8,349 nucleotides of DNA from Naegleria gruberi (taxonomy: Eukaryota): NCBI GenBank assembly GCA_000004985.1, contig GG739072.1, one strand, 5' to 3'. Under the pieces are notes generated by a model, which was given only the letters and a program-made list of their open reading frames with translations, did not search any database and had not been told where the DNA came from. The position numbers were made by a program, and so were the translations under genes. Below are positions 1 to 8,338 of the stretch, in pieces; within the stretch, counting starts at the first letter, position 1; each line of letters begins with the position of its first letter.

Positions 1-1
1 T

Positions 2-1583
2 GGTGGAGATACCGTTTACAATGTTTGTTTTTATGCTCTTGTTACAGTTGACGACTGCGGTAAAGGTCAGGTGGTCGCCATAGCAGTAACCACTGGAGGT
101 AAACAGGAAGGTGTTAAAGATGTAGTTGACATCACAGAATCAATCTTCAAGAAAGCTGACATTCCATTTACTATTCACAATATAGGTGTGGATGCTTGTG
201 ACTCATCATTAAACGAGTTTCAAGAAAGAGGGTTTTCAGTTTCAATATGCCGTTTTCATTTCATCAAGGACATCCAATCAAATTTGAAAGACAAAGTGTC
301 CGATACTAAAGTTCGATCAGAATTGTTAGGCTTGGTCTATAGAATGCTCATAAGCACACATGATGATGACTACCATGATTGTTTAGAGGCTTTGGAAAAC
401 ACAGACAAAGAAGGTGCTTTTTACAAATACTTCCATGAGCAATGGAATAAGCATCGACATTTATTAACAAATGCAGGCCGAACAAGTAGCATGTCTTTTA
501 TGAACACGACCAATTATGTGGAAAGTGCAATTAAGAGCCTACAAAAGCAAATCAAGGGAACAACTCAGAAGAAGAAATCTCTTCATGTTTGTTTATTGTT
601 GTCGATTTTGGCAATAAGAGGACAAGTGTTAAATGTTGTTCCTACCGATTTCAATGAAAGTGAAAAAGAAGCAAATCAACGGTTGGCAAAAGCCCGAGAA
701 ATGGTGAAACTCCCTATAGTTGTTGGTGATAACAATTATGTTGTACCAAGTGAATCAGATGATGATAATTATCTTGTTGTTGTTGGTGAGCAAGGTTTTT
801 TTTGCTCATGTGATGATTTTCTACACACCTGCGGCCGACCATGCAAGCACATTTATAGGGTAATACTTTCCTTACCGGTGGCTCAAAATTATTTGGGTCG
901 CAGTGCTGTGGAATTGTTGCAGGGTGTTTGCATTTTTTTTAACATCAACATTGAATTAAACAGAACCTCCACTATTCCACACTTTATTCCAAAGGATGAA
1001 CCATTACTTCTTCCTTTGGCAATCAATAACAAATTCCCGAGAAGGAAAAAGTGCGGTAGAAAACACAAACCACCAATTCCAATTACTAATCCAACAACAA
1101 AGTATGATCATGTACATGTAGATGACAATATTGAAGTCGTTCCTTTAGATGAGAACTTGCAATGTTCTGTGGATGAACTGATTCTTTCCAAAAATGAGCT
1201 TGTAGGTATTGTGAAGAACGGAGAAGAAATTCTCTTACATATTAAAATACCAAACAGAAAAAATGTAATAGATTTAGAGATATTCAAAACCAAGCACCAA
1301 GAAACTCAAATACGGATCTTCTGGGCTTTTATTGAAGAAAGTTTGAATAGATGTGATGCTTCCTATGTAAAGAAGATAAAAACCGCTGAGAATGAAACTG
1401 TAACAGGAGTGAAATTATCTAAAGACAAGACAAAGGTGAAACTCAGATTAGGAATTGAAAAATGGATATATTATTCAGTGAAATACCGACAATTCTTGAA
1501 TAATTTTATTGGATTGGATTGTTGGAAATTAACAGAGCAAAACACTACAATTACGAACGAAAGCCAAAAACAATTAGAAAATA
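2..1583 (+). CDS. MULE/MuDR-family (Mutator-like) DDE transposase with a SWIM zinc finger and a long C-terminal extension. Partial: the 5' end is upstream of the window and the 3' end is lost in the N gap.
   Basis: The reading frame (frame 2) is open from nt 2 to the gap with no stop in 527 codons, which is very unlikely by chance at this AT content. The translation ...VYNVCFYALVTVDDCGKGQVVAIAVTTGGKQEGVKDVVDITESIFKKADIPFTIHNIGVDACDSSLNEFQERGFSVSICRFHFIKDI... matches the MULE transposase core (compare MURA ...LLTAVGRDGNNQMFPIAWAVVEVENTESWTWFL...WTFISDQQKGLLNAISVVFPNAEHRMCARHI...). TTNYVESAIKSL matches the T-N-x-x-E-S-F-N catalytic Glu region. CSCDDFLHTCGRPCKHIY is a SWIM finger. The 'M' at 71 in the ORF track is a GTG codon internal to the domain, not a true start. 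The first catalytic Asp (the DATY-type motif) must lie upstream of nt 1. Confidence 0.8.
803..850 (+). other. SWIM-type zinc finger motif (C-x-C-x6-C-x3-C-x-H) within the transposase ORF.
   Basis: The codons are tgc(803) tca tgt(809) ... tgc(830) ... tgc(842) aag cac(848), giving CSCDDFLHTCGRPCKH. This spacing is typical of SWIM fingers found C-terminal to MULE/FAR1 transposase cores. Confidence 0.7.
1021..1095 (+). other. Basic, Pro-rich patch (KFPRRKKCGRKHKPPIPITNPTTKY) that resembles a nuclear localisation signal, in the transposase C-terminal extension.
   Basis: Dense R/K cluster, RRKK..RKHK, read from the translation. The function is inferred and not demonstrated. Confidence 0.35.
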
Positions 1584-4500
1584 NNNNNNNNNNNNNNNNN
1601 NNNNNNNNNNNNNNNNNNNNNNNNNNNNNNNNNNNNNNNNNNNNNNNNNNNNNNNNNNNNNNNNNNNNNNNNNNNNNNNNNNNNNNNNNNNNNNNNNNNN
1701 NNNNNNNNNNNNNNNNNNNNNNNNNNNNNNNNNNNNNNNNNNNNNNNNNNNNNNNNNNNNNNNNNNNNNNNNNNNNNNNNNNNNNNNNNNNNNNNNNNNN
1801 NNNNNNNNNNNNNNNNNNNNNNNNNNNNNNNNNNNNNNNNNNNNNNNNNNNNNNNNNNNNNNNNNNNNNNNNNNNNNNNNNNNNNNNNNNNNNNNNNNNN
1901 NNNNNNNNNNNNNNNNNNNNNNNNNNNNNNNNNNNNNNNNNNNNNNNNNNNNNNNNNNNNNNNNNNNNNNNNNNNNNNNNNNNNNNNNNNNNNNNNNNNN
2001 NNNNNNNNNNNNNNNNNNNNNNNNNNNNNNNNNNNNNNNNNNNNNNNNNNNNNNNNNNNNNNNNNNNNNNNNNNNNNNNNNNNNNNNNNNNNNNNNNNNN
2101 NNNNNNNNNNNNNNNNNNNNNNNNNNNNNNNNNNNNNNNNNNNNNNNNNNNNNNNNNNNNNNNNNNNNNNNNNNNNNNNNNNNNNNNNNNNNNNNNNNNN
2201 NNNNNNNNNNNNNNNNNNNNNNNNNNNNNNNNNNNNNNNNNNNNNNNNNNNNNNNNNNNNNNNNNNNNNNNNNNNNNNNNNNNNNNNNNNNNNNNNNNNN
2301 NNNNNNNNNNNNNNNNNNNNNNNNNNNNNNNNNNNNNNNNNNNNNNNNNNNNNNNNNNNNNNNNNNNNNNNNNNNNNNNNNNNNNNNNNNNNNNNNNNNN
2401 NNNNNNNNNNNNNNNNNNNNNNNNNNNNNNNNNNNNNNNNNNNNNNNNNNNNNNNNNNNNNNNNNNNNNNNNNNNNNNNNNNNNNNNNNNNNNNNNNNNN
2501 NNNNNNNNNNNNNNNNNNNNNNNNNNNNNNNNNNNNNNNNNNNNNNNNNNNNNNNNNNNNNNNNNNNNNNNNNNNNNNNNNNNNNNNNNNNNNNNNNNNN
2601 NNNNNNNNNNNNNNNNNNNNNNNNNNNNNNNNNNNNNNNNNNNNNNNNNNNNNNNNNNNNNNNNNNNNNNNNNNNNNNNNNNNNNNNNNNNNNNNNNNNN
2701 NNNNNNNNNNNNNNNNNNNNNNNNNNNNNNNNNNNNNNNNNNNNNNNNNNNNNNNNNNNNNNNNNNNNNNNNNNNNNNNNNNNNNNNNNNNNNNNNNNNN
2801 NNNNNNNNNNNNNNNNNNNNNNNNNNNNNNNNNNNNNNNNNNNNNNNNNNNNNNNNNNNNNNNNNNNNNNNNNNNNNNNNNNNNNNNNNNNNNNNNNNNN
2901 NNNNNNNNNNNNNNNNNNNNNNNNNNNNNNNNNNNNNNNNNNNNNNNNNNNNNNNNNNNNNNNNNNNNNNNNNNNNNNNNNNNNNNNNNNNNNNNNNNNN
3001 NNNNNNNNNNNNNNNNNNNNNNNNNNNNNNNNNNNNNNNNNNNNNNNNNNNNNNNNNNNNNNNNNNNNNNNNNNNNNNNNNNNNNNNNNNNNNNNNNNNN
3101 NNNNNNNNNNNNNNNNNNNNNNNNNNNNNNNNNNNNNNNNNNNNNNNNNNNNNNNNNNNNNNNNNNNNNNNNNNNNNNNNNNNNNNNNNNNNNNNNNNNN
3201 NNNNNNNNNNNNNNNNNNNNNNNNNNNNNNNNNNNNNNNNNNNNNNNNNNNNNNNNNNNNNNNNNNNNNNNNNNNNNNNNNNNNNNNNNNNNNNNNNNNN
3301 NNNNNNNNNNNNNNNNNNNNNNNNNNNNNNNNNNNNNNNNNNNNNNNNNNNNNNNNNNNNNNNNNNNNNNNNNNNNNNNNNNNNNNNNNNNNNNNNNNNN
3401 NNNNNNNNNNNNNNNNNNNNNNNNNNNNNNNNNNNNNNNNNNNNNNNNNNNNNNNNNNNNNNNNNNNNNNNNNNNNNNNNNNNNNNNNNNNNNNNNNNNN
3501 NNNNNNNNNNNNNNNNNNNNNNNNNNNNNNNNNNNNNNNNNNNNNNNNNNNNNNNNNNNNNNNNNNNNNNNNNNNNNNNNNNNNNNNNNNNNNNNNNNNN
3601 NNNNNNNNNNNNNNNNNNNNNNNNNNNNNNNNNNNNNNNNNNNNNNNNNNNNNNNNNNNNNNNNNNNNNNNNNNNNNNNNNNNNNNNNNNNNNNNNNNNN
3701 NNNNNNNNNNNNNNNNNNNNNNNNNNNNNNNNNNNNNNNNNNNNNNNNNNNNNNNNNNNNNNNNNNNNNNNNNNNNNNNNNNNNNNNNNNNNNNNNNNNN
3801 NNNNNNNNNNNNNNNNNNNNNNNNNNNNNNNNNNNNNNNNNNNNNNNNNNNNNNNNNNNNNNNNNNNNNNNNNNNNNNNNNNNNNNNNNNNNNNNNNNNN
3901 NNNNNNNNNNNNNNNNNNNNNNNNNNNNNNNNNNNNNNNNNNNNNNNNNNNNNNNNNNNNNNNNNNNNNNNNNNNNNNNNNNNNNNNNNNNNNNNNNNNN
4001 NNNNNNNNNNNNNNNNNNNNNNNNNNNNNNNNNNNNNNNNNNNNNNNNNNNNNNNNNNNNNNNNNNNNNNNNNNNNNNNNNNNNNNNNNNNNNNNNNNNN
4101 NNNNNNNNNNNNNNNNNNNNNNNNNNNNNNNNNNNNNNNNNNNNNNNNNNNNNNNNNNNNNNNNNNNNNNNNNNNNNNNNNNNNNNNNNNNNNNNNNNNN
4201 NNNNNNNNNNNNNNNNNNNNNNNNNNNNNNNNNNNNNNNNNNNNNNNNNNNNNNNNNNNNNNNNNNNNNNNNNNNNNNNNNNNNNNNNNNNNNNNNNNNN
4301 NNNNNNNNNNNNNNNNNNNNNNNNNNNNNNNNNNNNNNNNNNNNNNNNNNNNNNNNNNNNNNNNNNNNNNNNNNNNNNNNNNNNNNNNNNNNNNNNNNNN
4401 NNNNNNNNNNNNNNNNNNNNNNNNNNNNNNNNNNNNNNNNNNNNNNNNNNNNNNNNNNNNNNNNNNNNNNNNNNNNNNNNNNNNNNNNNNNNNNNNNNNN

Positions 4501-6781
4501 NNNNNNNNNNNNNNNNNNNNNNNNNNNNNNNNNNNNNNNNNNNNNNNNNNNNNNNNNNNNNNNNNNNNNNNNNNNNNNNNNNNNNNNNNNNNNNNNNNNN
4601 NNNNNNNNNNNNNNNNNNNNNNNNNNNNNNNNNNNNNNNNNNNNNNNNNNNNNNNNNNNNNNNNNNNNNNNNNNNNNNNNNNNNNNNNNNNNNNNNNNNN
4701 NNNNNNNNNNNNNNNNNNNNNNNNNNNNNNNNNNNNNNNNNNNNNNNNNNNNNNNNNNNNNNNNNNNNNNNNNNNNNNNNNNNNNNNNNNNNNNNNNNNN
4801 NNNNNNNNNNNNNNNNNNNNNNNNNNNNNNNNNNNNNNNNNNNNNNNNNNNNNNNNNNNNNNNNNNNNNNNNNNNNNNNNNNNNNNNNNNNNNNNNNNNN
4901 NNNNNNNNNNNNNNNNNNNNNNNNNNNNNNNNNNNNNNNNNNNNNNNNNNNNNNNNNNNNNNNNNNNNNNNNNNNNNNNNNNNNNNNNNNNNNNNNNNNN
5001 NNNNNNNNNNNNNNNNNNNNNNNNNNNNNNNNNNNNNNNNNNNNNNNNNNNNNNNNNNNNNNNNNNNNNNNNNNNNNNNNNNNNNNNNNNNNNNNNNNNN
5101 NNNNNNNNNNNNNNNNNNNNNNNNNNNNNNNNNNNNNNNNNNNNNNNNNNNNNNNNNNNNNNNNNNNNNNNNNNNNNNNNNNNNNNNNNNNNNNNNNNNN
5201 NNNNNNNNNNNNNNNNNNNNNNNNNNNNNNNNNNNNNNNNNNNNNNNNNNNNNNNNNNNNNNNNNNNNNNNNNNNNNNNNNNNNNNNNNNNNNNNNNNNN
5301 NNNNNNNNNNNNNNNNNNNNNNNNNNNNNNNNNNNNNNNNNNNNNNNNNNNNNNNNNNNNNNNNNNNNNNNNNNNNNNNNNNNNNNNNNNNNNNNNNNNN
5401 NNNNNNNNNNNNNNNNNNNNNNNNNNNNNNNNNNNNNNNNNNNNNNNNNNNNNNNNNNNNNNNNNNNNNNNNNNNNNNNNNNNNNNNNNNNNNNNNNNNN
5501 NNNNNNNNNNNNNNNNNNNNNNNNNNNNNNNNNNNNNNNNNNNNNNNNNNNNNNNNNNNNNNNNNNNNNNNNNNNNNNNNNNNNNNNNNNNNNNNNNNNN
5601 NNNNNNNNNNNNNNNNNNNNNNNNNNNNNNNNNNNNNNNNNNNNNNNNNNNNNNNNNNNNNNNNNNNNNNNNNNNNNNNNNNNNNNNNNNNNNNNNNNNN
5701 NNNNNNNNNNNNNNNNNNNNNNNNNNNNNNNNNNNNNNNNNNNNNNNNNNNNNNNNNNNNNNNNNNNNNNNNNNNNNNNNNNNNNNNNNNNNNNNNNNNN
5801 NNNNNNNNNNNNNNNNNNNNNNNNNNNNNNNNNNNNNNNNNNNNNNNNNNNNNNNNNNNNNNNNNNNNNNNNNNNNNNNNNNNNNNNNNNNNNNNNNNNN
5901 NNNNNNNNNNNNNNNNNNNNNNNNNNNNNNNNNNNNNNNNNNNNNNNNNNNNNNNNNNNNNNNNNNNNNNNNNNNNNNNNNNNNNNNNNNNNNNNNNNNN
6001 NNNNNNNNNNNNNNNNNNNNNNNNNNNNNNNNNNNNNNNNNNNNNNNNNNNNNNNNNNNNNNNNNNNNNNNNNNNNNNNNNNNNNNNNNNNNNNNNNNNN
6101 NNNNNNNNNNNNNNNNNNNNNNNNNNNNNNNNNNNNNNNNNNNNNNNNNNNNNNNNNNNNNNNNNNNNNNNNNNNNNNNNNNNNNNNNNNNNNNNNNNNN
6201 NNNNNNNNNNNNNNNNNNNNNNNNNNNNNNNNNNNNNNNNNNNNNNNNNNNNNNNNNNNNNNNNNNNNNNNNNNNNNNNNNNNNNNNNNNNNNNNNNNNN
6301 NNNNNNNNNNNNNNNNNNNNNNNNNNNNNNNNNNNNNNNNNNNNNNNNNNNNNNNNNNNNNNNNNNNNNNNNNNNNNNNNNNNNNNNNNNNNNNNNNNNN
6401 NNNNNNNNNNNNNNNNNNNNNNNNNNNNNNNNNNNNNNNNNNNNNNNNNNNNNNNNNNNNNNNNNNNNNNNNNNNNNNNNNNNNNNNNNNNNNNNNNNNN
6501 NNNNNNNNNNNNNNNNNNNNNNNNNNNNNNNNNNNNNNNNNNNNNNNNNNNNNNNNNNNNNNNNNNNNNNNNNNNNNNNNNNNNNNNNNNNNNNNNNNNN
6601 NNNNNNNNNNNNNNNNNNNNNNNNNNNNNNNNNNNNNNNNNNNNNNNNNNNNNNNNNNNNNNNNNNNNNNNNNNNNNNNNNNNNNNNNNNNNNNNNNNNN
6701 NNNNNNNNNNNNNNNNNNNNNNNNNNNNNNNNNNNNNNNNNNNNNNNNNNNNNNNNNNNNNNNNNNNNNNNNNNNNNNNNN
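1584..6781. other. Assembly or scaffold gap: 5,198 consecutive N. This is not sequence.
   Basis: Uninterrupted n from 1584 to 6781. The non-round length suggests an estimated gap size from paired reads. Both flanking ORFs run into it. Confidence 0.99.
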
Positions 6782-7318
6782 TGAATATTCCAAAGAATTC
6801 ACAACTTCTGGTGCTTGATATAAATAATCTACTGATCGACTGGAATTGAACTTTGAATTGTTAACACCTAGCTTAACAGCTCTTGAGAAATTACCAATTT
6901 TGTATCGTCCTTCATCCTTAAAGTAGAATATATTCTCTGGTCTCAAATCACAATGGACAAAATCTAAATCATGTAAACGAGAAAGACTTTCGGCAACATG
7001 TAAGCAAACCTTCAAATCATTTGTTTCGTCTATTTCTTTCACTAAATATTCTGCAAGTGAATATTCTGCTTTCGGAATAATTACATAATTTTTCAAGAAA
7101 TCAATATTTCCATTGTCTAATATTGGTACTAAATAATTATCAGTTGCATCTTGTTGGGTATTTTTGATTTTTAAATAGGTTTCGTATTCTTCCCCAATTA
7201 AAATTTTCATCAGAAATTTCTTGGAAGGATCATCCTTCAAGCAAACATTAACGAAGCGTGATTGTTTAAAATTTTCATCGAGTGCTGAATATTTGACGGG
7301 CCACGATTGCTTGTACAT
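6782..7318 (-). CDS. Eukaryotic-type protein kinase-like protein, paralogue of the gene at 7367..8338. Only the N-terminal 179 aa are present and the 3' end is lost in the gap. Atypical motifs: no glycine-rich loop, HCD catalytic loop, and NFS in place of DFG.
   Basis: The ATG is at 7318..7316 (cat on the + strand). An in-frame stop sits 2 codons upstream on the minus strand (TAA, complement of 7322..7324). Translation: MYKQSWPVKYSALDENFKQSRFVNVCLKDDPSKKFLMKILIGEEYETYLKI...LHDLDFVHCDLRPENIFYFKDEGRYKIGNFSRAVKL...YLYQAPEVV. This contains the HxDLKPEN-type catalytic loop (HCDLRPEN), the APE motif and a candidate beta3 Lys (FLMKIL). The ORF is continuous up to the first N. Confidence 0.78.
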
Positions 7319-7366
7319 TTTTTATAATATTCTAATTCGAAACCTTTCAGAATTCAAAAAACAAAA
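7319..7366. promoter_or_regulatory. 48-bp divergent intergenic region that must hold the core promoters or 5' UTRs for both head-to-head kinase genes. It is AT-rich, with a TATAAAA-like motif immediately 5' of the minus-strand ATG.
   Basis: The sequence is ttttataatattctaattcgaaacctttcagaattcaaaaaacaaaa. The reverse complement reads ...gaattagaatattataaaaATG for the minus gene. The plus gene has an A-rich leader, ...ttcaaaaaacaaaaATG. It contains the short palindromes ttcgaa and gaattc and an imperfect inverted repeat, aattcgaaa/tttcagaatt. Confidence 0.4.
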
Positions 7367-8338
7367 ATGAGTGAAGGCCAGTGGAGGTGTGTGATTAAAG
7401 CACATCCTCCCCATGATGTTCTGGAAATTTGTTCTCTACTAAACAGCTTTGTTATTGAAGTTGATAGAATATTTATTTCTAATTGCCAGATTTTTGCTTT
7501 TGCTGGCGTGTGGGAATTAACATTCCCAAGCCGAAACGAGGAAGGAAACGATAGATTTATTGAATTTAATGAATCTACATTCAACAAATTGCGAAGTTAT
7601 TGTTTAAATATTGAAAGACTATTTCTTTCGGGAACCAAAGCTATTAGTACCGAATCTCTGTATCTAAAAATTGTTCTATTATTGGAGGAGGAAGATAATC
7701 CACTGGAGAGGTACAAGTATATTTACAACAAAGTGAAGGAAGCCGAAATATCTTGTGTGCAACACTATTATGAATATTTAGAACACCAATATTTTGTAAT
7801 TATTAGCGAAAAAGCAGAGTGTGATTTAAAAACCTATTTGGAAACGAATGAGTTGAGTTTGGAAGTTAGGATAAATCTCTGTGTACAATATGCTGAGCTA
7901 GTACTAAAATTACATGAGCAGAATATTGTTCATTGCGATTTGAAACCAAGCAATGTATTGGTACTCAAGGATGGCAGTTTAAGGCTAACTGATTTTGAAG
8001 GGTCTTCTTACTTGAAAGATAACAAGAGCTTTTTCAATTCCCATTGTAAATCAATTGGTTACTTTGATGAGACAGTTAGTGTTGAGCAGTTTCAAGACCT
8101 TTTAAATCGTGATTTATTTGCTTTGGGTATTAGTTTTATTGAAATATTTATGTGTAATCCGAATAATCATATTACAACAAAGCACGAATTCATCAAGAGA
8201 AAAGAGTTTGCCAAATATCCATATTCAACAATTTATCANACAGTGGAATCTTTTCTTAAAAACGATCAGTCTCGTAGTATTAAAGATTTAATACATAAAT
8301 TACAGGAAGTTAGCATTGAGTTGAGTTACATGATTTAA
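7367..8338 (+). CDS. Protein kinase-like protein, 323 aa and complete. It has a roughly 130-aa unrecognised N-terminal region and a kinase-fold C-terminal region with HCDLKPSN, DFE in place of DFG, and subdomain IX DLFALG. It has no glycine-rich loop.
   Basis: The ATG is at 7367, with an in-frame upstream stop at 7325..7327 (taa), and the ORF ends at TAA 8336..8338. The translation contains ...LHEQNIVHCDLKPSNVLVLKDGSLRLTDFEGSSYL...DLFALGISFIEIF...RSIKDLI, which corresponds to kinase subdomains VIb, VII, IX and XI. There is one ambiguous base (n at 8239), giving one X residue. The motif order parallels the minus-strand gene: AECDLKTYL...HCDLKP versus AEYSLAEYL...HCDLRP. Confidence 0.8.
   Translation: MSEGQWRCVIKAHPPHDVLEICSLLNSFVIEVDRIFISNCQIFAFAGVWELTFPSRNEEGNDRFIEFNESTFNKLRSYCLNIERLFLSGTKAISTESLYLKIVLLLEEEDNPLERYKYIYNKVKEAEISCVQHYYEYLEHQYFVIISEKAECDLKTYLETNELSLEVRINLCVQYAELVLKLHEQNIVHCDLKPSNVLVLKDGSLRLTDFEGSSYLKDNKSFFNSHCKSIGYFDETVSVEQFQDLLNRDLFALGISFIEIFMCNPNNHITTKHEFIKRKEFAKYPYSTIYXTVESFLKNDQSRSIKDLIHKLQEVSIELSYMI

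Larger units (their letters stand above)
1..1583 (+). mobile_element. Fragment of a Mutator-like DNA transposon (or a domesticated MULE-derived gene). The element boundaries and terminal inverted repeats are not visible because one end is off-window and the other is in the gap.
   Basis: Inferred only from the transposase ORF. No terminal inverted repeat or target-site duplication can be seen in this window. Confidence 0.45.

Noticed and set aside
796-940. Two T8 homopolymer tracts (796..803 and 933..940) inside the transposase ORF, which could be slippage or frameshift sites.
   Set aside because: The reading frame is continuous through both tracts, with sensible protein on each side (FF-CSC, and CIFFNIN), so there is no evidence of a frameshift or programmed slippage.
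1108-1293. 61-aa minus-strand ORF.
   Set aside because: It lies entirely antisense within the strongly supported transposase ORF. It is a low-complexity AT-rich translation with no recognisable features.
1574-6781. Extension of the minus-strand kinase ORF across the gap to 1574.
   Set aside because: The continuity is created by the N run. Only 6782..7318 is supported. The true C-terminus is unknown.
71-6784. ORF-track 2237-aa protein on the + strand.
   Set aside because: Only 2..1583 is real sequence. The remainder is the N gap translated as X, plus a short antisense tail after the gap. In addition, the M at 71 is a GTG codon inside the conserved transposase domain, and the frame is open back to nt 2.
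1519-6849. ORF-track 1776-aa + strand ORF (MLEINRAKHYNYERKPKTIRK...X...NIPKNSQLLVLDINNLLIDWN).
   Set aside because: The 5' part is an out-of-frame overlap of the transposase ORF. The 3' part (6782..6849) is antisense to the minus-strand kinase. The two are joined only by Ns, so this is an artefact.
7319-7366. A Trichomonas-type initiator (TCAYW) or Entamoeba-type Inr in the spacer, which would allow the organism to be assigned.
   Set aside because: Only TCAGA and TCAAA are present, with no clean match. The organism cannot be assigned from this window.
7354-7587. 77-aa minus-strand ORF overlapping the start of the + kinase gene.
   Set aside because: It is antisense to the 5' end of a well-supported CDS and to the intergenic spacer. 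It has no motif and is most likely chance.
8109-8291. 60-aa + strand ORF in an alternative frame inside the kinase gene.
   Set aside because: It overlaps a supported CDS in another frame, and its reading depends on the ambiguous base at 8239. It is most likely chance.
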